A stretch of DNA of 64,000 nucleotides, from the NCBI RefSeq assembly GCF_963921235.1, contig NC_086097.1, positions 56,236,001 to 56,300,000 of the forward strand. Direction: 5' to 3'. Origin of the DNA: Mobula hypostoma. Lineage: Eukaryota. The notes under the pieces were generated by a model. The model made no database searches and had not been told where the DNA came from. It worked only from the letters and a program-made list of their open reading frames with translations. The translations under genes and the position numbers were made by a program. This document shows positions 52,385 to 64,000 of the stretch, in pieces (within the stretch, counting starts at the first letter, position 1; every line of letters begins with the position of its first letter).

Positions 52385-53464
52385 ACAGTCACATTAACTG
52401 TGAGGGTCAGTAGGTTTGTAAGCTATAGCTGTGGATAGATGGAGACAGTGAGATTGAGAAAAGGGAAAGAAGCATTAGAGGACCATGTAAATGTGAGGGC
52501 AGGGTGAAAGTTAGAGACAAAGTTGACGAAATTGAAATTAATTCATCCATTTAAATACTTTATATTAGTAACTATTCCTTAATCATAACACAATCCCCAA
52601 TGCACTGCAGTTCCTTAAAATTTGATTGATCCACCCACAGGTAAGTGAGGGATCTGGTACTGGCTGGTCAGACAACAAGGGCATGGTGTGGCAAAGACTG
52701 AACCAAAGATCCTGAATGTGGCTGAGCTGAAGGCCAAGACCCAGGTCGATAACGTAAAATTGTTCTGGATTATTTGCAATGTGGTGTTACAGCAGCAAGC
52801 TTTATAATGGTGTACTGACATCCATTTATACAAGAACACTATCAAAACGTCACTGGCAATAAGAGAGAGGAGAGACCATAGCAGAGGTCAGGAGGGAAGT
52901 TGGAGACCAGGAAACAAATGAGACAGAGATCAGAGTCCACTACAGTAGCAGATATGGAGACCAGAGACAACATCAGCTGTTGAAAGGGAAGCCAGAGATC
53001 ATGGGAATAACCAAGTAGGAAACTGGAAACTACGGCAGCAGCCAAGAGAGAGTCCAGCTATGACAGGAATGGGAATGTATTGGACAATATGACCTGTTGA
53101 TGAAGTGGCCTGACATAGAATCTGCAATTTTTACGGGATTAATGTCGAGATGGTCTTAAAGCTATTTTAATTTGCTTTCAACTAGATTTTGTATCAATAG
53201 CAATCAGAATGATATGAGAAATTACACTCTAATAAGAGCAACATAAGATGCAGTTCATCAGCTTTTAAATGTGGGAATGCATAAATGTAACGATTGAAAT
53301 ATGGCTATTAGGTTCCAGCATGGAACTAATGCAAGTAAATGTGAATCTTTGCAGTGCTGTAGAAAGTGAGCCACTGCTGTTTCCAGTCGAAAATCACACA
53401 TCAATAGCAGGAAATTTCCTCAACATGGGTGTTCTTGTATTATACACAGGGCTGTCAGTAAGAT

Positions 53465-53660
53465 TAAAAACTGCAAATGCTGGAAATGAAAACAGAAAAT
53501 GCTGGAAGCACTTAGCAGGTCACCAGCATCTGCAGTAAAAGAAATAAAGTTAATGCTTCAGAACTGACAAAGAGGCTTTGACCTGAAATTATAACTGTTT
53601 CTCTTTCCACAGATTTTGCCTGACCTGTTGAGTATTTCCAACATTTCCTGATTTTTATTG
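53465..53660. mobile_element. Older Penelope-terminus fold-back element; similar relics at 25700-25840 and 55085-55265, half copies at 29750-29910 and 42325-42420
   Basis: Inverted arms AAAACAGAAAATGCTGGAAGCACTTAGCAGGTCA / TGACCTGTTGAGTATTTCCAACATTTCCTGATTTTT around a CTGACAAAG...TGAAA core. Confidence 0.6.
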
Positions 53661-56127
53661 TTGGCAAACTGTTGCATTGCCCATGCTGATAAAATATCAT
53701 AAACTGAAATGTTAAAAAAAAAACATTCTGCTAGAGACATTAACCTTCTTCTCACAGCATCAAGAAATATTAAGTCAGTTCAATAAGAGAGCCAACTTAT
53801 ATTTAAATTCTAATTACCATGTAAATAGAAAAGCATTTACCTCCCTTCAATTTCAATTTCTGACTCTCTACTGTCTCACTAATTACCTTGTGCTACAATG
53901 AAATGAAGAAGCTGTGATTGATGGAAATGCCATGGATCGATGCAAATTAAGCCTTTTACATTCTGGTAATAATAGTGGGAAACTCCTTGGAATCAATAGA
54001 CACAGATTTTATATTTTGCACACATCTGTTTGGGAAGATAATTACTCCTCTGGTCTACTTGTTTGTCATAAATATGCAATTTTGACTATCTCCACTTTGT
54101 TTCACAAAGAGGATTATTTCTGGTAAATATCAAATCAACACACACAGCTATATATGTACACAGTCAAAAGGTGAAGATTCCACTGCCAGCTCAAAGAATT
54201 TATTTGATGAATGGCAAAGTCATTTATAGAAAAGTCCAGACCTCCAAAGTTTCTGGTTTGTGAGGAATTAGACAGTGTCAACCAAGATACTGGCAGGACT
54301 ACTCCACCTAACCTCACCACCCTAATTACTCGTCTTGACAGTCTCCATCCAATTGAACATTTTTTGCCCGTTCTGGGTATACAATACATACTGGTGTCTG
54401 TTGTGCTAAAGTCAACCAAATATCCCCAAAAGCTCAGTAACCTTCTAATCTTTATTGTCAGTGCTCTCAGGTGCAAAATTAGGTTGAGCAGTGCACATAT
54501 ACTGTAATTCTACTCCAAAACAAAAACAATGAATTGCTTTAAAAGGAAGGAGAGAATTACAAGCAATAAACTGAATTTCTTATAAAGAGTTAAGCACGTG
54601 TTTCCTGTATTGTGGATTCAAATTATCTTTGATGAACTGGTTTCAGAGTGGTATCATGATTTTCTAGTTCCAGTTCTTACTCAATGGCTCTCTGTTTACG
54701 GAGGAGCACAAATGGTGAAGGATAAACCATTATCCAATGGTCTTTCCTTCCTTACATGAGACAATTGCACGTCCAAAGCACCCATTAACATCAAGTTGGT
54801 AGCAAATTACCTTACAACCTTAAGAACGAAACAGTAATAAATAACAAAGTTTCAAAATATGAATACACTGTACAGAATGGAGTCTTGATCTGTAAGATAT
54901 AGGGTGATTCTCAGGGAAATGGATACTTTGCTAGTGAAACAATTTTATAGCTTTTACAACTTAATCATTTTTTTAAACCTGATAACTTTGTAATTAAATC
55001 AGCACAAAATTGTGGTCATGGGGCCTTTTCTTGTGTTGTTCCGTTCTGTTCTATATTCTAAAATGTGAGAAGTATGACAAATCAAAAGTTGGAAAATCAA
55101 ACTAAAATGCATTTGGAGGAAATCCAAAATATAAACAGAAAATAGATACACTCAGCCAGACATCTGTGGAGAGAGAGAGACAGAGTTAACATTTCAGGTT
55201 AAAAGTTGATGAAGCATCTTTGATCTGAAATGTTGACTCTATTTCTCCTTCCACAGATGTATTTTGCTTTAAAGCACTTTGGAGTTTTCCAGGTAATACA
55301 AGTTGCCAGTGAATGTGTAGTGTTAATAAGGCTTGACAATATAGAAGGAATTTCTGGCAGTTTTTACTGATCTTGAGCAGGCACGAGTTGATTTAATATT
55401 TTTATTCGGCTGAGATCAGATTCTCAATGCATTACCTTTCCGCATCAATCTCCTCTGACTGGTGTTCCATTGCAGCCCTAGGGGCTTCCTGGAATCTGAT
55501 GTGTGAAAGGTCATTGTGGTAATCTTCTTTTGCTGATATGCCTTGCTCAATACTGCCCACTGCAATGCCTGTGCTGACTTTCCTTAGAATAGTGGTCCCC
55601 GCACAACACGACAAACTAGACCCTGCTTGAACCAGTCAGGATATTTCATATGTCACCCCTGTTACCACATTAGCCATGTGGCTGTATAAATCTCATGCAC
55701 CTTAGCAGCTCCTAAGTAGCTGCCAGTAGAACTGCCCCAGTCCTTGCCCAAGATAAATTTGGACACATATGGTAACAGGACAACAGTTAGCAGAAAGGGA
55801 AGTTCTTTCTAGTGGCCACTCTGATGACGTGACAGATTCTGTTATCATAAAGCCTCTTTACTCATTCAAGTAGCTCTCCAGTTCGGACACAAATAATGAA
55901 TCAATGAGAAACGCAGGAAAGTTGAAATGAACAAGAAATTTCATGTTAGTTCCTCCGAGTCACATTGCCAGGCAAATAATCAGTGACTGCGTAATTGCAA
56001 ATATCTGAGAAAATGTTCATGCCTTTTAGTTTAAGGTAAAATCTAAAGGCCTGACAAACTTTAATGAAAATCTGTACTTCAGAGCAACACCATTAAAAAC
56101 AGTAACGATGTACTTAGTGGTGGTAAT

Positions 56128-57638
56128 CTTCTCCGTGGATTGTCACCTTGTTGTGGTGGAGAAGCTTGTGTGGTCCTGTGATCTCAAGAGCAATGACGTC
56201 TGGAGCTATGCTCCTGGTAGGGTCACCCATGGTGGTAAGGTTGAGGGTGAGGTCCCTGACAAAGAACAATCCAACCAAGACCTCAACGGTGGAACAGACG
56301 GACGAAGTTACTTCAAACTCAATGGCTGTGAAGACGGATGAAGGCTGCAACAAATCCATCAGCTCCATCGTCGTGGTTTCCATGCCACTGGAATCAGTTG
56401 GTTGATTTGTGAAGTATCGTGTGCTTCTTGGAGTGCAACATCAAGTCGTCGTCATGGCTATCCCTCGAGGTCGAGGATGATGGTCTTCATTCTGTTGATC
56501 TACTTATGGGCTCTCAAGTGGCTTATGGGTCCAATTTTGGCTTTGAAAGTTCTTCTGCATTCAGGACAGGTAGTTCCAGATGGCAGATCAGGCTTTGGTT
56601 GTTGCTGCCTCTCTTTCCATTTTCTTCTCTTTTCTTCTAATTCTACACATCTGTTGCCTTCGTAAGTTGCCGTTCCTTCTCGGATGATGGCTTGCCAGAG
56701 TTTCATGTCCTTGGCATTGGTTTCCCAATTGTTGATGTCGATGTTACATTTCTTCATGTTGGCTTTTAAGACGTCTTTGAATCTCTTTTGTTGTCCGCCT
56801 CTTTTACGTTTGCCTTCTTTAAGCTGGGAGTAGATTTGTTGCGGCAGACTTCGTCTTTCATCTGAACAACGAGACCACTCCATCTTAGTTGGTTCTTGAT
56901 GATGTAGGCCTCAATGTTTGTTGTTTTTGCTTCATTTAGCACACTGACGTTGGTTCTTCTATCTTCCCAGCTGATATTTAAGATGTTTTGAAGACAGCAT
57001 TGATGGAACTTTTCAAGTGCATTCAGACGTCGTCGGTATGTTGTCCAGGTTTCTGATGCATACAGGAGCGTTGGGATTACCACTGCTTGGTACACTAACA
57101 TTTTGGTATCTTTTCGGATGTCATGATCATGAAAGACTCTTGTTGGGAGATGTCCAAAAGCTGTCACAGCGTTTTTAAGATGACGTTGGATCTCGTCATT
57201 AAGGTCAACATTGGAGGAGAGGTGACTTCCAAGATACGGAAAATGGTCCACGTTTTCCAGTGCTGTTTCGCCAAGTTGAAATGATGGTTCTATCCGATTT
57301 GTCTCAATTGGTGATGGTTGATAGATGATCTGAGTCTTCTTGGAATTGATGGTAAGTCCAAGTTTCGTGTATGCACGGTTGAAGGCAGTCAAAATCTGTT
57401 GTAGGTGGTTTTCTGAAAGAGCTGCAACACTGTTGTTATCTGCGTATTGGAACTCGATGAGGGAACTCGTGGATGTCTTCATTTTGGATTTGAGACGGGC
57501 AAGATTGAAAAGTCTGCCATCTGTTCTGTAGACAATTTCGAACATATTAAACAAATGCACACACAGGCGTCTTTGCTCTGTGGGCCACTTCTTCAGAACA
57601 AAGACCATCATCCTCCACCTCGAGGGATAGCCATGATG
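56128..57638. mobile_element. Composite RTE insertion: sense 5'UTR plus 3'-end shell, with an antisense RTE ORF fragment inside (~56445-57540)
   Basis: 16-bp TSD ACTTAGTGGTGGTAAT (56112-56127, 57639-57654). Minus ORFs 56766-57611 and 56500-56883 have YADN, FPYLGS, PTLLYASETW and a C-terminal C2H2-like CPEC...SHLRAH. Confidence 0.88.
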
Positions 57639-57851
57639 ACTTAGTGGTGGTAATGATAATGGAACAATTGCTCTTTTATCTTCTGAATACAGTCACTCTA
57701 TAAAAGACATCCTAAGTAATACGCACTCAAGCGCTCATGTTCTTCACACAATAAACATGGTCTGCAAAATCCATATCTGGAGCTTCAGTACGGCTACTGA
57801 AGCACTAACTTTTTAAATCATGATTTAGTGCAGTAAGTGGGTGCATGATAG

Positions 57852-58394
57852 TCATACTTATACTTTATTGATCCCGAGGGAAATTGGTTTTCATTACAGT
57901 TGCACCATAAATAATTAAATAGTAATAAAACCATGAATAGTTAAACAGTAATATGTAAATTATGCCAGGAAATAAGTCCAGGACCAGCCTATTGGCTCAG
58001 GGTGTCTGACCCTCCAAGGGAGGAGTTGTAAAGTTTGATGGCCACAGGCAGGAATGACTTCCTATGATGCTCTGTGTTGCATCTCCATGGAATGAGCCTC
58101 TGGCTGAATGTACTCCTGTGCCCAACCAGTACATTATGTAATGGATGGGAGACATTGTCCAAGATGGCATGCAACTTGGACAGCATCCTCTTTTCAGACA
58201 CCACCGTGAGAGAGTCCAGTTCAATCCCCACAACATCACTGGCCTTACGAATGAGTTTGTTGATTCTGTTCGTGCCTGCTACCCTCAGCCTGTTGCCCCA
58301 GCACACAACAGCAAACATGATCGCACTGGCCACCACAGACTCATAGAACATCCTCAGCATCGTCCGGCAGATGTTAAAGGACCTCAGTCTCCTC
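57852..58394 (-). mobile_element. Rex1-like LINE 3' fragment, relatively young
   Basis: ORF 57989-58408 reads RRLRSFNICRTMLRMFYESVVASAIMFAVVCWG...SFLPVAIKLYN. 3' end AATTTCCCTCGGGATCAATAAAGTATAAGTATG. Confidence 0.88.
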
Positions 58395-58779
58395 TCATCA
58401 GCTGACACCTAAACTCAACCAATTTGATGCACACACCAAACAGATTCCAGGCTGGGCAAGGGGGTTTTAACCTTTTTCACAATGAGCAACCAGAAAGCAT
58501 TCCTGACAATACCAGTAAACTCAGGACTCACAGGCATATGTTTAAATCCCAAAGCTGTTGGCAGCTGTTAACCAGAGGATGACAGCACAAAGTTCAGATA
58601 TGGCACAGAATAAATAAGTTGGTTTGTTTGATTGGGGATTTAAAATGTTATAAGGGGGAAAAAAATTTCTTACCACTTTGGTTGGAAGAATAACCAACCA
58701 AAACTTTTTTTGGGGGGTGATTATCTAGAAAACGTTAATATGAAGAGGAATCTTTGATGGGCTAGTAAACATGCAGTTA

Positions 58780-59310
58780 CAAAGGTGAATCATATGTTGA
58801 CCTTTATTGCAAAGGGTTAGGAGTACAAATGTGAATAAGTCTTGCATAAGACTTTCATGAGACATCTATTGAAGTACCATGCACCATGTTGGGTTTCTTT
58901 ATAAAGTTGGCTTGGAGATCGGTAAACAGATTCATGAGATTGATTCTTGGTGAAATTGTCCTCAAAATAGACTAAGATTGGTAGATGATCTAATTGAGAT
59001 ATGATTCTTAAAAGAAATTGACAGGATAGGTCCTAAAAGGCAGTTGCCCCATTTGGAGAGTACAGAACTTCCAGGAGAGGAGTGGATGTATAAACTCCGG
59101 ATAAGAAACAGTTAGGACTGAAATGGGAAGAAACTACCTTCCCACAGCAGCTTGTAAATCTTTGGAATTCTTCACCCATGATACATACACAACTAAAATC
59201 AACACTATTTTTGGCATTAGGAAACCAAAGGATCGTGGGAATAGGGCAGGAAAATGAGGATGCAAGATCAGCCAGAATGGCAGACTTATAGAGCCCATTT
59301 CTGCTTCTTT
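58780..59310 (+). mobile_element. Old CR1 3' fragment
   Basis: Degenerate CR1 3' motifs (atgttgacctttattgcaaaggg, gtaaatctttggaattct). Confidence 0.55.
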
Positions 59311-60179
59311 TTCTTATCGTTTTTACTTCACTCGGCAAAATATTTAGGCTGCCATTTAAAATTTGAGCAGTTTATTTCCTGTAAGAATTAATCAATGTGA
59401 TTGCTACTCAGCCAGCGGGCTGAATCTATTATTGGATAATAACTGACATGACAGTAAACAATATTGGTGAAGGTCAAGCCAATGCTGCACTGAGCAAGAT
59501 TCTTGCAGACAGCTTCTTTGTGTTCAATGACAGTGACAAGACAAGACAATGACAAGTGACATCATCTCACCACTGACCACAACATTCTAGCTAACATTTA
59601 ACTTCAGTTCCCGATCCTATGACACTTCTAATGCAGGACAGTTCTCCAATGTATCAAGAGAGGGGTTTTATCTCAGGAAGGAATTTTGTACTGGACTGTG
59701 ATTGCATCAAACAGTTTTCCAAATTATTATTATGGATAAAATTAAAAGGCTTATTGAAGATCAATAGTTGAACAATGAAAGCTAAAGTTGCTTTGGGCCT
59801 GGACCTAGATGTATTTAAGTGGTAACTCCTTTTTCTCTCCAAGGAAAAACTGAGGTATCTATCTATAACAGCCTTTCATTAAGTACTAATACAGCATTAC
59901 ATTCTATGAAATAATAGACTTATGATTTATGCTCATTAGCTTTTGGCACTTCATCACCCCATACAAAATCTTAACTTTGCTCCCTTCTTGGTAGTCTTCA
60001 ATTAACCGGAATGAGAGCCTTAGAATACAAACCATGGTAGAAACGAAGGCTAAGATCTAGCCTAATTTTTGCCCTACCTTGTGAACTCCATATCGATTTT
60101 TCACTCTTCCCAAACTCAAAAATTCCAGTTTTCATTCTGTTTAACATACTTGCAACATTGCATATTTTATTCAAGGTGG

Positions 60180-61477
60180 CTGATATGAATGGCTTCAGCC
60201 TTTGGTGGCCTTTACACTCATCTTTACCAGCATTTATTGCCCATCTCTAGTTGCCCCTGAGAAGGTGGTGGTGAGCTGTCATCTTGAACCACTGCAGTTT
60301 TGAGACATGGGTACCCCTACATCTCAACGGCTGCAATGGATAGGGAGAGTTCCAGGAGTGTGACCCGGTGATGGTGAAAAAATAACAATATACTTCCAAG
60401 TGTGATGTTCACATGCTTTTACTGCCCTTGTCCTTCTAGCTGGTAGCGGTTGTGGGTTTGGGGGGTGCTGTCCAAAGTATCTTGATGAATTACTGCAGTA
60501 GATGGAGCATACTGCTGCTATGCACAATGTAGCAATGAAGCTTGAGTGAGTGGTTGTGGGTGGAATGCCTATCAAATGGCCTGCTATGTCCTGTATGTTG
60601 TTACGCTTCTTCAGTGTTGAAGCTGCACACATCCAGGTGAATGGAGACTGTTCCATCGCACTCCTGACTTCAGCCTTGTAGATGATAGACAGGCTTTGGG
60701 GACTTAGGAAATGAGTTACTCATTACAGGATTCCTAATGCCTGACTCTGCTCTTGTAGCCACATTTTATGTATGGCTATTCCAATTCAGCGTCTGATCAG
60801 TGGTAACCCTACAGATTTTGACAGGTTGGGATTCAGTGATGGTAATGAATATCAGGGAGTGATAGTTGGATTTTCTCTTATAGGGTATCATCATTGCATG
60901 GCACATTTGTGTCATTAATAGCTGCCAATAGCCTTAGCCGGGATATTGTCCAGTTCTTGCTGAATTTGATTATGGACTGCTCCTTACCTGAGGAGTCAGG
61001 AACAGAGCTGACCATCCTTACTTCTGACCTTACTATTTAAGTACAGTCATTGACGAAGCAGCTGAGAGTGAAGAACCATCCCGAGGAACTCAAATTGCCT
61101 ACCTTCAACCACACAACAATGTCCTTTGTAGAGCATTTGCCCCCAACCCTCTCTGACTCCATTTTAGCCTGGATCCCTGATGTCACAGGCAATTATCCTC
61201 ACTTCACCTCTGGAGGTTAGTTTTTTTGTCCATGTTTGGACCATGACTGTAATGAGGTGGGGCCCACAATGAGCTTCTGTGAGCAGGCTGTTACTAAGCA
61301 AGTACTGTTAAGAGCACTATCAATGACCCTTTTCTTCACTTTGCTGATGATTCAGAGTAGATTAATAGGGTGGTAATTGGTCAAGTTGGATTCACCCTGC
61401 TTCTCCTGGGCAGTTTTCTGTATTGTTGGGGAGATGCCAGAATTGTAGTTGTACTGGAATAGCTTGCCCAAGAGTAA
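60180..61477 (-). mobile_element. Degenerate CR1/L2-group LINE with internal deletions
   Basis: Minus translation includes SNLTNYHPINLL and MEQSPFTWMCAASTLKKRNNIQDIAGHLIG. Host sequence appears to resume briefly after the Harbinger insertion. Confidence 0.7.
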
Positions 61478-62170
61478 AGGCTGATGTATACTTCTGTGTA
61501 GTAGCCTACGCCGTTGTGAGCATTTATAGTTGTGCATTGGCGTTTCTGCGTCACTCTGCAATTCGCTGCCAAAACGCTAGTTGGTGGTGGGGTTTCTATG
61601 CCACTGTATTGAGTTTCTTCGTGTTGAAGCTCAACACGAAGAAACTCAAACTTCAAACAATGGTGACTGAAACTGAAGGAGGGTGAATTTTCTGTGCTTG
61701 TCCAGCCATTGAGAGACATGGACGAGGAAATGCATTTCAAATATTTTTGGATGTCGCAGGTAGATTTGACGATTTGGTTCATCGTCTCCAACCATTTATT
61801 TCTCATCAATGTATGCACAGTATACTCAGAGACTGGCAGTCACCATTCGAGTTTTAGCTTCAGGTGGAAGTCAACAGGCTGTAGCAGCTAGCTACAAACT
61901 GGCACCAAGCACAGGGTCCTCCGTAATTTCAGAGTTCTGTAAAGCTTTATGGAAAGTATTGCAGCCAGAGTTCCTTCCCTGCCCTTCAGTCGCCCAAGGG
62001 AAGCTACTGCAGCGTAGGAGGAAATGCGATGCCACCAAGCGGACCACGCTGCGACGCGTAGTTACATTTTTGGGGAGGTGCGCGTCAGGCAACGGCGTAG
62101 GGTATGGTGTAGGGTACGCAGCTACGCCGTACCTACAGCGTCAATTTGACACACAAGTATAAATTTGCCT
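61478..62170 (+). mobile_element. Non-autonomous PIF/Harbinger DNA transposon with transposase remnant
   Basis: TAA TSD (61475-61477, 62171-62173). TIRs AGGCTGATGTATACTTCTGTGT / ACACACAAGTATAAATTTGCCT. Remnant [12 protein letters not shown]...[41 protein letters not shown] is HARBI1-like. Confidence 0.88.
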
Positions 62171-62787
62171 TAAGGCAAGCACTGGAGCAAAAATAAAAAT
62201 AAAATTTGATTTTTATTGTTTGTGAGATCTCAAAAACTCTTGAAAATATCACATTAGAAAGTCATTTACTACTACGCAGAATTATTATAAATACAAACCA
62301 AATTTTATTGTGGAGGGTCAAATAAAAAAGATACATTATTCTAAAGGAAACATCTAAACACAATACCCTGTCTCATACCGAACCAGAGATGAGAGATTTT
62401 AATAAAATTAAAAATATGGTTCGAGGGTACAGTTATGATATTTCCCCACTGGCTCACTTAAACATCAGTTATTTCTAATTGATGCCGCACTTATCTAAGT
62501 CATACCTATAGCTCTTAAAGAGAACCTGACCAGTGAATGAAACAGCTAACTGGGTGTTACCCCACTGAACATTCAGCCCATTTCTTTGACTGAATGCTCT
62601 ATGTCTTTGTAAAGAGAGAAAGTAGGCCCCATAGCCACAAAAGGCCAAAATGAAATGCAAGAATGAGATAGTGACTAGGAAGTTGGATGGCTTAAGTGAA
62701 GCTTTGAGAACCTGGTCTCAATACCAGAGGAATAATAATGTCCTAACATACCTTGATAAAAAGAAAATCATTCTCAGTTTAACACTC

Positions 62788-63330
62788 AAACACACAAGAG
62801 ATTCTGCAGATGATGGAAATCCAGAGTAACACACACAAGATGCTGAAGGAACTCAGCACATCAGGCAGCATCTATGGAAATGAATAGACAACTGATGTTT
62901 CAGGCCAAGATACTTCTTCAGGACTGGAAAGGAAGGGGGAAGATGAGAGATTTAAAAAGGTGGGGGAAAGAGGACCAGCTAGAAGGTGATAGGTGAAGCC
63001 AGGTGGGTGGGAAAAGTAAAGGGCTGGAGAAGAAGGAATCTGATAGAGAGGACAGTGGACAACAGGAGAAAAAGGAAGAGTAGGGGCACCAGGGGTAGGT
63101 GATAGGCAGGTGAGGAGTGGTAACCCTACAGAAGGCCAAAGTGGGAAATAAAAGAAGAGGGAGGGAGGAAAGAAAAAAATTGATGTTCATGTCATCAAGT
63201 TGGAGGCTATCCAGCCAGAAGTGAGGTGTTGCTCATGCACACTGAGAGTGGGCTCATCGTGGCAAAAGAGGAGACCATGGGCTGACATGTTGGAATGAGA
63301 ATGGGGATAGAAATTGAAATGCTTGGCTAG
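62788..63330 (-). mobile_element. Penelope-like 3' fragment
   Basis: Homologous to 47933-48560. Minus strand has CAGTCCTGAAGAAGTATCTTGGCCTGAAACATCAG. Confidence 0.8.
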
Positions 63331-63364
63331 CATCTGCATCCAACACATCATTCTCTACAACTTA

Positions 63365-64000
63365 AAGAGTCATAGTCATCTAATCCCTGCTGAACTATTT
63401 AAACCGCCTCATCCCATCAACTTGCACCCAGACTATAGCCCTCTGTACCCCTCCCATTCACATACCTATCCAAACTTTCCTAAATGTTGAAACCAAAATC
63501 ACACCCACCTCTTGTTTGTGCTGGCAGCTCATTCCACACTCTCACCACCATCTGAGTGACAAAGTTTCCTCTCATGTTCCCCTTAAATATTTCACCTTTC
63601 ACCCTTAACCATGATCTCTAGTTGTGGTCTCACACAACCTCAGTGGAAAAAGCCTGCTTGCACTTACTCTATCTATACTCATAATTTTTTATAGCTTTAT
63701 CAAATCACCCCTTTGTTTTACATTCTAGTCAATAAAGTTCTAACTTAATTAATCTTTCCTTATAATTCACATCCTCCAGTCCCAGCGACATTCTTGTAAC
63801 TTATCTCTGTACTCCTTTAATTTTATTGTATCTTTCCTGCAGGTAGGTGACCAAAACTACACACAATTCTCCAAATTAGATGTGAGGTCTACAAGCTTTG
63901 ATAGTCTTCCTCATTGTCCACTACACCCCAATCTTGGGGTCATCTGCAAATTTGCTGATCCACTTAACCCCACTATCATCCAGATCATTGATATGGATGA
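63365..64000 (-). mobile_element. CR1 3' fragment, runs off the window end
   Basis: Minus strand ISKFADDPKIG and WNELPA motifs, with an internal deletion. Confidence 0.75.

Larger units (their letters stand above)
47933..52530 (-). mobile_element. Penelope-like element hosting a minisatellite and three nested insertions
   Basis: GIY-YIG remnant (ORF 47896-48567 DLRVAIHFN...EQHLIFCLGS) and NRDRVPL motif at ~48940. Penelope-like sequence resumes at 51365-51557 and 52385-52530. Confidence 0.75.

Noticed and set aside
55432..55614. Minus-strand ORF ending near a GTAATG donor-like site
   Set aside because: In-frame stop just upstream, no convincing acceptor, no recognisable homology and no partner exons.
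13620..64000. Expected syntenic neighbours NAA30 and SLC35F4
   Set aside because: I could not find their conserved peptides by eye. They may lie beyond the window, so I do not claim gene loss.

Overview
AT-rich, repeat-dense vertebrate genomic DNA. The repeat families (HE1/V-SINE-like, CR1, Rex/Babar, Penelope) suggest a cartilaginous fish, probably a ray; this is inference. The only protein-coding gene I can support is the 3' part of AP5M1 (AP-5 mu subunit, MUDENG) on the + strand. It has five coding exons (120-259, 9202-9287, 10863-10990, 12141-12237, 13537-13619) with GT-AG introns and consistent phase. The remaining ~50 kb appears intergenic and is filled with often nested transposons: CR1, Rex/Babar, RTE, Penelope, Tc1/mariner, PIF/Harbinger, a solo-LTR-like element and SINEs. 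Nearly all long ORFs in the track are TE fragments or their antisense shadows. The most unusual structures are: dispersed Penelope-type minimal hammerhead motifs, some in fold-back elements; two families of YY1-motif-headed non-coding retroposons; a TTAA-flanked element with ~270-bp inverted arms; a 150-bp nested palindrome; a minisatellite born inside a Penelope ORF; a nested antisense RTE; and a divergent pair of CTCF motifs. Family names come from recalled sequence features, not database searches. Boundaries of old repeats are approximate.
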